Part shown: piece by piece, positions 54,685-64,000 of the stretch
Layout of the letters: each line of letters starts with the position of its first letter
How positions within the stretch are numbered: position 1 is the stretch's first letter
DNA from: an uncultured Chthonomonadaceae bacterium
GTDB taxonomy: Bacteria > Armatimonadota > Chthonomonadetes > Chthonomonadales > Chthonomonadaceae
DNA length: 64,000 bases
Assembly: GCA_963817895.1 (NCBI GenBank)
Contig: CAWFQB010000003.1
Span: 384,001-448,000, forward strand
Direction: 5' to 3'
Notes under the pieces: model-generated
Database searches by the model: none
What the model saw: the letters and a program-made list of their open reading frames with translations, nothing else
Told to the model about the DNA's origin: nothing
Translations under genes and position numbers: made by a program

Positions 54685-55860
54685 ATGAAGACATGGATAC
54701 GAAAATGCCCGCTGCCGCTGCGGTGGGCGGGCGGAGTGGCGATTTTGGGCGCGGTGGTGGCGTACCAGCCCGCCATCAGCCAGTCTACCGGGTTTGCGTT
54801 GCCCTATGCGGGGGATGCCACGTCCGCCAATGCTCCGGTCGTTGCCTTCACCAACGACGCCACAACCGGTTCGGGCAGTGATGGCGTTTTCGCGTTTACC
54901 AACAGCGCCGATCCGCTCAGTGTGGGATTGTACGGTTCCAGTTTGGGCGGTTCGGGCGTGTACGGCTATGCCAATGCGGGGCCGTCTGCGACCGGCGTGT
55001 ACGGGTTCGGGGACGGCAACAGCGGCTATGGCGTCTACGGGCAGGCGTCCACCGGCAGCGGCGTGTACGGCACTGCCAATGGGAGTGGCGCGGGCGTGTA
55101 TGGAGCCAATACCGCCGGCGGCGCAGCCGTCATCGGCGTGGGAAATTCCGCCAACAGCCCCACCGGCTACTTCTACAACAACGCGTATGTCAATGCTGTC
55201 GGCGTACAGGGGCAGTGCAACGCGGGAATGGGAGTGACCGGCTATGGGCGCGTAGGCGTGTACGGAGTGGCGGCGGTCGGCAGCGGCTTCGGCGGGTACT
55301 TTCAGGGCAATGTGCAGGTGATCGGCACTCTCAGCGCAGGCTCCAAGAACTTCAAGATTGACCATCCGCTCGATCCCGCCCACAAGTACCTCACGCATAG
55401 CTGCATCGAAAGCAGCGAACAACTCAACCTGTATACGGGCGACACAATCCTCGACAGCGACGGACGGGCGACCGTGCAGATGCCCGACTGGTTCGAGGCG
55501 GAAAACACCCGCTTCCACTACCAGCTGACCGCCATCGGCGAAGCGGCTCCGGCTCTGTTTGTGGCGCAGAAGATGCGGGGCAACCGGTTCGAGATCGCGG
55601 GCGGCAAGGCGGGCATGGAGGTGTCGTGGCAGGTGACGGGAACGCGGCAGGATGCGTATGCCCGCGCTCATCCGCTTGTCGTGGAGTCGGAGAAGACGGG
55701 CGCGGAGCAGGGCAAATACCTGTACCCGGCAGAAAACGGGCGTCCCGCCAGTGAAGGCATCGGCGGGCCGTCGGCGGCTCACGGCCCGCAAATGGCGGGA
55801 ACGCCGCAACCTGTGAAAATCGCGCCACGAAAAGCCAGGGTTCACCACCCGCTGCGCTAG
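54685..55860 (+). CDS. Secreted GVYG-repeat (beta-helical fibre-like) protein with a conserved C-terminal FKIDHPLDP domain
   Basis: AGGAG RBS, hydrophobic leader, multiple GVYG repeats, FKIDHPLDPAHKYLTHSCIES..YQLTAIG..VSWQVTG.R.D. Confidence 0.75.
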   Translation: MKTWIRKCPLPLRWAGGVAILGAVVAYQPAISQSTGFALPYAGDATSANAPVVAFTNDATTGSGSDGVFAFTNSADPLSVGLYGSSLGGSGVYGYANAGPSATGVYGFGDGNSGYGVYGQASTGSGVYGTANGSGAGVYGANTAGGAAVIGVGNSANSPTGYFYNNAYVNAVGVQGQCNAGMGVTGYGRVGVYGVAAVGSGFGGYFQGNVQVIGTLSAGSKNFKIDHPLDPAHKYLTHSCIESSEQLNLYTGDTILDSDGRATVQMPDWFEAENTRFHYQLTAIGEAAPALFVAQKMRGNRFEIAGGKAGMEVSWQVTGTRQDAYARAHPLVVESEKTGAEQGKYLYPAENGRPASEGIGGPSAAHGPQMAGTPQPVKIAPRKARVHHPLR

Positions 55861-55902
55861 AAATGCAGAGACACCGGGGGTTCACAGAGAAAAGAAGAGA
55901 AG
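55841..55902 (+). repeat. ~62-bp imperfect direct repeat, copy 2
   Basis: Shares an exact 22-mer and the 5' ttcaccacccgc with 48465-48528. Confidence 0.8.
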
Positions 55903-56015
55903 AGTTACAGCAGCCGACTGAACATGCGTCACAATCAGTTGTCGCCCGAACAGTCTAAACCTCCCGCGCTTTTGCGCCGACAATACAAACGTCACGGAGG
56001 AACAGACACACGCAA

Positions 56016-56870
56016 ATGGAACTCAAGCATATCGAAACCAAACTGGCTCGCGCCTCAACGCTGCCAATCCTGCCCAATCTGGTGATGCAAATTCTCGCCC
56101 TTACCGACGATATGAATGCCTCGGCGCGGGATTACGAGCGGCTGATTATGCAGGACGCCGCGCTCACCGCCAAAATTCTGCGTACCGCCAACTCGTCCTA
56201 TTTCGGCGGCAACGGGCAGATCGCCAACTCTGCGGCGCGCGCTCACGCAGGTCGGCAACAATACCCTGCGCTCCATGTGCCTGACCGTTTCCCTGCAATC
56301 CGCGCTCAGTTCCAAAACCCTGAACAAAGCCTTCAATCCCAAACAATTTTGGCTGCACAGCATGGCCGTCGCCTGCGCCGCCAAAATTCTGGCGTGTCTT
56401 GCCCGCGACGCCCGCGCCGAAGAAGCGTTCGTTGCCGGGCTGGTGCATGACATCGGCAAACTGGCTCTGTGCATGTTCCTGCCCCTCGAAGCCACGCATG
56501 TTTACCAGTTGATGCACACCTATAAAATTACCCAGATTCGAGGCGGAACTGCAATTTTTGGGCGTCGCGCATCAGGACATCGGGCACATGGCCGCGCAGC
56601 GCTGGCAACTGCCGAACGTATACCTGATGCCCATTGCCAAACACCACAACCCGGCGGAAGATGGTGACGAAATGGACATGCTGACGGCGTACGTTCATGT
56701 TGCCAACAGCATCGCGCACCAGATCGGGCTGGGCTTCGAGCCGAACAGAACCAACCATTGCCCCAATCCCGCCATTGTCGCCCTGCTGAATATCTCCGAG
56801 GAGCAGTACGATCCCATCCGCTCCGCCGTCGCCAGGAAGTCGCCAAAATGGGCAGCCAGATGGGAATGTG
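56016..56870 (+). CDS. HDOD-domain protein; frameshifted
   Basis: Motifs LPILP, DAALTAKILRTANSSYF, FWLHS, AGLVHDIGKL, GVAHQDIG..W.LP, HHNP. Confidence 0.88.
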
Positions 56871-56877
56871 AGAGAAG

Positions 56878-56969
56878 AAAACCACGGAGAACACGAAGGG
56901 CACAGAGGGAGAGAGATCGAGTTATTTTCTCATTTCTCCACTTATTTCCCTCCGTGTTCTCCGTGGTTT
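56878..56969. repeat. Imperfect palindrome (AACCACGGAGAACACG family) between convergent genes
   Basis: aaaccacggagaacacgaaggg ... ccctccgtgttctccgtggttt. Confidence 0.85.
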
Positions 56970-56971
56970 AT

Positions 56972-58978
56972 CTATACAGTTTGCATGGGTGTAGCGTGCT
57001 CAAGGAGCAGGGCGGCGTGTTCGGCTAGTTCGGTGAGCAGGCGGAGGGGGTGGGGCGTGAAGGCGTGGGGTTGGGCGTGGCTGATGTTCAGGACACCGAG
57101 GATGGCGTTGTCCACGCGCAGGGGCAGGGCCAGGAACGAGCGCGCCGCGAGTGGAAGCGTTTCCATGGTGACATTGAGACTGAGCAGATTCGGTTCCTGC
57201 GTCACATCGGGAATGTGAAGCGGACGGCCACACGAGGCGACCCACCCGGAAACGCCGTGTCCCCGCTCAAACCGGATATGGTCGAGCAGATTGATCGCCT
57301 GCCCCCGCGTGGCTTTCGCTTCCAGACGCTGCCCCCGCTCATCCAGCAGAAACAGCGTACAGTTTTCACAGGCCGCTAATTCCATCGCCAGTTCCACCAG
57401 ATACGCCGCGGTCTGTTCCACGCTCCTGTTTTCCCTGTCGGTGTTGCCTGCCGTCTGCGCCATGCGCTGTAATTCTTGCAGCAGCGTTACTTCGCGTACT
57501 TGTCGGCGCGCTTCGGCCCGTTCACAAATGCTGCTGATGGCAGACGTCAGGGCGCGGCACAGGGACGACACCTTTTCCAGTTCACTGCTCAGAAACCGCT
57601 CCCTGCCGCGCGGGTCACAAACGCCGACCGCGCCCATAATTTTGCCCGTCGGTTCCTCGGACGTGGGGCGCGTTCGCAGCAGCGTCACGCCGACAAGTCC
57701 GGGGTTAGGAGTACGGGACGCTGTGCCGCATGGAAGCGGGACGAAACGGCAGCACAGGACGGGGCCAACAGCAGATCGAAATCGCTTTCACCCGCCAGCA
57801 TATCACCCGTCGCAGGAAAAGGTTTAAACATGCATTCTGCGGGATTAATGTCTTGGAATTGCCTGCTGCGCGACAATGGCGTAAGTGGCAGATTCATCGT
57901 TTTCCTCTTGTTGCCGCGTCGTCGCGAAGTTCGCGCCGAACAGCGTGTCCAGCCGACTGCGCGGGGAAAGCGCGGCAGGAGCGGCGTTCAGCAGCGCGGC
58001 CTCGCAATGGGCGCGAATGGCATCCGGCGTCAGCGCGTTGACATTGAGAAGCGCGTCCTGCCCCACCGCACCGGCAATCCGGCCCTCCGCCACCTGTACG
58101 GTCAAGCGTATTGCCGTCCCGTCCGCGCAGCCACAAAACGCCCCCCTCCGCGCCCGTCAGCTTCATCACCAATTGCAGGACGCGGGCAAGGGCGCTTCTG
58201 CCACTCGCGTCATCGGCAAGGCTTGCCCCGCCCAGTTCGCACAACTGCTCGATGATCTGCGTTCGCGCCATCTGCGCCTTCTGGTCGCGATTCAGGGTAA
58301 TCACCGCGCGATATTTGTCTTTGATGCTCCTCATGCGCCTTCTGCGCGGTTTCCAGTTGCGCCAGCAGTTCGGCCACATCGGGCGGGCGCATCAGGCCGG
58401 CATTGCGACTGCGGGGATTGTCTTCCGTTTCCCGCGCCTGCGCCATTTTCACGGTCAGCATCGCCGCCAACAGCGTTCCCATTGCCAGCCCGTACAAAAT
58501 GGCGGAAGCGGGCGTGACTCCACTCCGAAAATGGACCAGATTCAGCGCGGCGGCAGCGCAGGCGACATGAATCGCCGCCCGCCGTCCCGGACAGCGCGAA
58601 CGCTTCCAGCACCACCACAAACAACAGCGGCGCAAACGGACTCCCCACCCCGCCACTGACGCCAATCAGAATTGTCGTCACCAGCAGGTCAAGACCGATA
58701 TGCACAAAGGATGAAGGATGAAGGATGAGTGGATGAGTTGTGTTCTTCTTGTATCTCGTATCCTCGTATCTTGTATCTCCTCTGTCTCCTCTTCTCCTCT
58801 TCTCCTTTTCTCCTCTATCTCCCTGTCTTCCTCCCACAAGGGGCCAGAGCAGCGTGAACAACGCGCCGAAGGCGGCGGTCTGCCAGGCGAGCGGCCAGAG
58901 GGCGCGGAAACAGCCGAAGGTGAGCAGGCTTGCCGTTGTCCAGACTATCAGACGAATTTGCGTAATACGTTTTTCCAT
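56972..58978 (-). CDS. Membrane protein with cytoplasmic GAF domains; multiple frameshifts
   Basis: N-terminal TMs (DLLVTTILIGVSGGVGSPF); GAF motifs GHGVSGWVA, SFLALPL, LGVLNI..F. Confidence 0.7.
58708..58830. repeat. In-frame composite tandem-repeat insert (GGATGAA, GTATCTC, CTCCTCTT families)
   Basis: Encodes [32 protein letters not shown] between TM helices. Confidence 0.85.
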
Positions 58979-59216
58979 GATGCTGTCCTGCATGATTCCG
59001 GGGTTCCTTATATTGATTGCTGCCCCTCACCAGGCTTTCTTGGAGAAGGGGTTGGGGGTTGAGGGCTATTGATTCTTTCGGTAGTTTTCACAGGAATTTG
59101 CAGAAAAAGCAGGAGGGAACCGCAATAATGGCGAAACAACGCGCAAAGGAAGACTTGCACTCTCACTCTCCACTCTCACTTGCCATTCGGCCTACGCGCC
59201 GGAAAGGAATTTACTC

Positions 59217-60675
59217 ATGGACAGGATTACGCGCCGACGCTTCCTGGAACAATCCTTGCTCGCCACTGCAGCGGGAACAGGCATCGCGCTTTTCGGGGAA
59301 ACCGGGGCCAACGCGCTCGGACGGCACAGCCGCCCGCTCGGAGCCAATGACCGCATCCGCATCGCCGTTATCGGGCTGAATGGCCGGGGCATGAACCATC
59401 TGGACGCTTATCTGGGCCGCAACGACGTGGATGTTGTCGCGCTGTGCGACCCGGATACCAAAGTTCTGGACAAAGCGCAGGCGGAGTGCGAAAAGAAAAA
59501 CAAGCCCAAACCGGAAGCGGTTCGGGACATTCGCAAACTGCTGGAAATGAAGGATTTGGACGCGGTTTCCATCGCCACGCCCAACCACTGGCATACCCTT
59601 GCCGCATTGTGGGCATTGCAGGCGGGCAAGGACGTGTACGTGGAAAAGCCCGTCAGCCACAACGTTACGGAGGGGCGGCGACTGGTGCAGGCGGCGGCAA
59701 AGTATAACCGCATCTGTCAGGCGGGAACGCAGTCGCGCTCGCACAAAGCCATGCAGGAGGCGATGGCCTACATTCACGGCGGCAAAATCGGCAAAGTGAC
59801 GCTGTCCCGCGCCCTGTGCTACAAGCGGCGCGAAAGCATCGGCAAGGTGGACGGCCCGCAGCCCGTTCCCGCGAACATAGATTATGACCTGTGGCTCGGC
59901 CCCGCGCCCGAAAAACCGCTCATGCGCAAACACCTGCACTACGACTGGCACTGGCAGTGGGATTACGGCAACGGCGATCTGGGCAATCAGGGCATACACC
60001 AGATGGACATTGCGCGGTGGGCGTTGAACCAACCCGGCCTGCCCCAATCCGTCATGTCGGTCGGCGGGCGATTCGGCTACGTGGACGACGGCCAGACCGC
60101 GAATACGCAGATCGCGCTTTACGATTACGGCGACGCGCATCTGATTTTCGAGGTGCGCGGCCTGAAAACCGAGCGGTACATGGGCACGAAAGTCGGCAAC
60201 ATCATTTACGGCACGGACGGCTACGTCGTCATTTCCGACAACTACGGGAAGGCGACTGCGTTCGACAAAGCCGACAAGCCCGTGCAGGAGTTCAGCGGCG
60301 GGGGCGACCACTTCGGCAACTTCCTGTCCGCCGTCCGCAGCCGCAAAACAGCGGAACAGAACGCGCCAATTCTGGAAGGACACGTTTCCAGCGCCCTGTG
60401 TCACCTGGGCAATATCTCGTACCGGCTTGGGCGGCGAACAGCCATTCAGCAAGCAATCCCAATCCTTCGGCGACGACAAAGCGGGCGTGGAAACCTTCGA
60501 GCGCATGACCGCGCATCTCAAAGACAACGGCATCGTGCTGGAAGAAACCAAATACCACGTCGGCCCGACCCTGAAACTGGATGTGGAAAAGGAGCGCTTC
60601 CACGGCAACAAAGAGGCCAACGCGATGCTGACGCGGGAATATCGCAAGGGCTTTGTCGTGCCGGAAAAAGTGTAG
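59217..60675 (+). CDS. Tat-exported Gfo/Idh/MocA oxidoreductase; frameshift near 60430-60460
   Basis: Motifs TRRRFLE, IGLNGRG, ATPNHWH, DVYVEKP, GTQSRS, DLWLGPAP, NQGIHQMD. Confidence 0.93.
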
Positions 60676-61243
60676 GAGGAGAGATTTCACCACCAAGACT
60701 CCAGGAACACCAAGGAAGACAAGGAAAGACAAAGAGGAAACAAGGAGCAGAGAAGGATGGGAGATAGTGGGGAGAAACAGGAAGATTTTGTGCCGGTGTC
60801 AGCGGAAGTGGATGCTGTTGCGAGGCGGGTTGTTGACGCTTGTTTCTCTGTCCACTCCGCGCTTGGTCCGGGTTTGCTGGAAAGCGTTTACGAAGCCTGC
60901 CTTGAACATGAGTTGCAGAAAAGGGGCATAAAGGTTCAGCGGCAGGTCAAGTTTCCTGTCCTGTATCGAGGCATGCATATTGATGCAGGCTTGCAGATTG
61001 ACTTGCTCGTTGAAGACTGCATCGTGGTGGAACTTAAAGCCGTCGAGGGCATCCTGCCGGTTCACAAAGCGCAACTGATGACCTATCTGAAACTGACAGG
61101 TCATCGGTTAGGCTTCCTGATCAACTTCAACGTTCCCTTGATCCGTCAGGGCATCAACCGCTTCGTAAAGTAGCCTTCTCTTTTCTTTGAATTTCCTTGT
61201 CTTTCTTGGTGTTCTTGGAGGCTTGGTGGTGAAATTTTCCTCC
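60675..61243. mobile_element. GxxExxY gene cassette bracketed by ~52-bp imperfect inverted repeats
   Basis: 60675-60727 matches the reverse complement of 61192-61243 (ggagga..atttcaccaccaag.ctcca.gaacaccaag.aagacaaggaaa). Confidence 0.6.
60757..61173 (+). CDS. GxxExxY protein (PD-(D/E)XK nuclease-like)
   Basis: Motifs LGPGLLESVYE, IDLLVED..VVELKAV, HKAQLMTYLK, GFLINFN. Confidence 0.95.
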   Translation: MGDSGEKQEDFVPVSAEVDAVARRVVDACFSVHSALGPGLLESVYEACLEHELQKRGIKVQRQVKFPVLYRGMHIDAGLQIDLLVEDCIVVELKAVEGILPVHKAQLMTYLKLTGHRLGFLINFNVPLIRQGINRFVK

Positions 61244-63537
61244 GTTTGCCTGCTGGTTTGGACAATGTTCTGTTACTGCCGATTGGGTCGCGCTGTCAAA
61301 CTGCCACGAAACAGCCTGCCCCTATATGGGGCAATGTGATTGCGCCCCAACTGTTTGACCGGCAGCCGTTTCATGAAATCGCGGTTCCCGACTGGCTTCA
61401 GGAATTTACGGGCCTGACGTACTGCTTTTCCGTGATGGATGCGGCAGGGCGGGATAAGGCGACACTCGCGGGCAGCCGCATGAGCGAAATGGGCTTTGTC
61501 AATCCGTTCGCCGTCAATTATTCCAGCGCGTTTCTCAGCAAGCATGACGCCAATCTGCCCCCGGACTACATTGACAAGGAGATTGCCGATTACAAAAAGC
61601 GGCACGTTCGTATTCTGGCGGTTGTGCCGCCCGGTTTGCAGGGCGAGATTTATGAAAAGCATCCCGAATGGCGGCGGATTCCGACCAATACGAACGTGAT
61701 TCCGCAACGTGGATATGAAAGCCAATCCTGTAGGCGGCGGGTTGTGCCTGCTTGGGCCGTGGGGAGATCGGTTTGTGGATATTCTGGCGGAAATTCTCAC
61801 GCGCTACCCGGATGTGGACGCTTTCAGTTTCGACGGCCTGCACGATTCCGGCTATTGCTACTGCCAATCCTGCCGCGACAACTACCGCAAAGATACCGGG
61901 CAGGAAATCCCCGCCGTTGATATGAACGACCTGGCGTTCCGGCGCTATCTGCTGTGGGAAGACCGCCGATTGGAAAGCCTTATCGAGCGGATGCAGACGC
62001 GCTTGAAAGGCCATCAAGCCGAGTGTCGCGCTCGTGACATGGACGACGAATGCGGGACGGTTCGGGCATTTTACGGATATTCCGCGTAACATGTCTGCCC
62101 GCATGAACCTGCTTTTCGACGCGCCCGATCAGGAATACTGGATGGACGAGTCGAACCGGGGCAACACGATTGTACCCGCCTTCGCCAACGCCGTTATTTA
62201 TGCGTACAGCAATCACCGCGTCGCGTTCAGTTCCCCCTATCTGTTTTCACACGGCAACCCCTATGGCCCCGACAGTTTCCCGCCCGAAGAGGTATTGCAT
62301 CGCGTTCTGCTGGCGGTCACGTATGGCGCGCGTCCGAGTATGCCCCTCGCGCAACCCAGGCCGCTGCAAGAAGCCGTATTGCAAAGCGTCCGCGAAGTCG
62401 CAAGACGCGCGCCCTGGCTGATCGCATGTCCAGCCGGAACCCTGGGCCGCGCTTGTGATGAGCGATGCCACGCGGGTATTTTACGGGCGCGATGCCGGGC
62501 AGAGTGGAGGAGCGCTACCTTGCCAACGTGTTGGGAATGTTCCGCGCGTCCGTCGAGGAGCATCTGCCCGTTACCGTGATTGCCGACTGGAACCTGAACC
62601 CGACCGATTTGGCCCGCTACAAAGTCCTGATACTGCCCAATACAGCCTGCCTGAGCGACAATCAGGCCAGAGTGGTTGCCGATTGGGTGCGGCAGGGCGG
62701 CGGTTTGGTCGCTACTGTGGACACCTCGCTGTGCGATGAAATGGGCGAACCGCGCAAAGATTTCGCGCTTGCGGACGTATTCGGCGTTCATTACAAGGGA
62801 ATACCGACTGGCGAAGGCGGCAAAACGGACGCGCTGGACGCGAATTTCGTCAAAGGGCTGGACGCGAGTTACTGGGAGAAGCGGAAGAACATCTACGATT
62901 TTCAGATGGGAAAGCATCCCGATGCTTGCCGATCCCCGTTTGAAGGCGTATCTCGGCGATGGTTCCGTCGTGTTCAAAGGGCAGGCGGTGGCGGTGGGAG
63001 ATGTTGGAGCGGATACGGACGTGGCAGGATTGTTCGGGGTGCGGGACAAAGCCGCGAACGCTTCCCGGCGATTGTGGCGCGAACGTATGGCAAGGGGCGC
63101 GTCGCGTATATGGCGGCGGGCTTCGATGCCGCGTACTATCTGTATTCCTACCCGTATCAGCGGCTTTTAATGGCGGACGCGATCCGGTGGGCGGCGCAGA
63201 CGCCGTTCGGCATCCACATTGACGCGCCGATGTGCGTTCACGCCACGTATTTCCGCAAACAGACGAAGAACACGCCGGGTGAGCGGCTGATCGTCCACCT
63301 GTACAACGACCTGAACAGCACAGGCCACCACGCGCGCCCCGAAGACGACATTCCCCTGCGCGAAGAAACCATCCCCATTCACGACATCCGGGTACGCTTC
63401 ACCGGCCATAAGATCACGCGCGTTCACCTGGAACCCGAAGGCCGCGCCCTGCCCCTCCGCCGCATAAAAACAGCGTAGAAGTCACCGTTCCCGTTCTTGC
63501 TATCCACAGCATGGTGGTTGCAGAACTGGACAAATAG
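61229..63537 (+). CDS. Glycoside-hydrolase-like protein with a beta-galactosidase trimerisation/GATase-like domain; multiple frameshifts
   Basis: Motifs YEKHPEWR, YPDVDAFSFDG..CYCQSC, YKVLILPNTACLS, GGGLVAT, YGKGRVAY; joined ORFs 61246..61920, 61709..62089, 62034..62579 and 62465..63478. Confidence 0.75.
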
Positions 63538-63559
63538 CTTGTCAAACAGGAGGTTCTCG

Positions 63560-64000
63560 ATGATAAAAAGTCGCCGCAGTATTCTGGCCTTGATTTGCGC
63601 GGGTCTTTTCCCGGCGATTGTTCTCCCCACAAGGGCTTCTGCTGATGAGCAGGGAGAGACTCTGCGCGCCCGCGTGATCGCCTTCGCCCGCGCCGCCCAA
63701 AGTTTCACCGCCGATATGACAACAAGCACCGGAAAAGAGATTGCTTCAACGGCAACCCTCAAAGTGAAGAAGCCGAATTTTATGCGCGTGGAAACAGATT
63801 ACGCGGGCGGCAGGATGCGCCAGACTGAGGTGGAGGATGGCAAAATAGATTGGAACTTATTCGTTCTTCCCGCCGCCACACGGACGCCCGGGCTGACCCA
63901 ATCTCCTCTCGACAAAGATTACCGCGTCTATTTTCCCGGCGAAGGCTGGCCCGGATGGGCCGAACCCGCCTTCGAGGACGCTCTCAATATGTCCGGGCTT
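63560..64000 (+). CDS. Secreted LolA-like/DUF2092 protein (partial)
   Basis: AGGAGG RBS, signal peptide MIKSRRSILALICAG.., motifs SFTAD and KKPNFMRVE; open to the window end. Confidence 0.6.
   Translation, partial: MIKSRRSILALICAGLFPAIVLPTRASADEQGETLRARVIAFARAAQSFTADMTTSTGKEIASTATLKVKKPNFMRVETDYAGGRMRQTEVEDGKIDWNLFVLPAATRTPGLTQSPLDKDYRVYFPGEGWPGWAEPAFEDALNMSGL

Overview
GC-rich bacterial chromosomal window. The gene style suggests a diderm soil or freshwater lineage such as Armatimonadota; this is inference only. Many genes carry single-base frameshifts, which most likely reflect long-read assembly error. In order, the window holds: a secreted lysozyme-like protein; a PAS histidine kinase; a DUF2156-like gene; an M28/DUF4910-AAC(3) fusion; a transglutaminase-esterase; a sugar epimerase; a divergent ankyrin pair; icd-mdh; a five-gene ubiquitin-like conjugation operon (15.7-19.8 kb); DUF1080 and HEAT-repeat genes; tRNA-Pro(CGG); a ~24 kb Wzx/Wzy polysaccharide locus interrupted by an IS701-family element; a malectin-RHS toxin whose JAB-type tip is hidden by a frameshift; HDOD and GAF signalling genes; a Tat oxidoreductase; a GxxExxY gene flanked by inverted repeats; and a glycoside-hydrolase-like gene. 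The standout feature is the ubiquitin-like operon: SWIM+RING-like E3 candidate, E1, Ubl, E2 and a membrane-anchored JAB peptidase. Several families of short tandem repeats and REP/REPIN-like palindromes are scattered between and inside genes.
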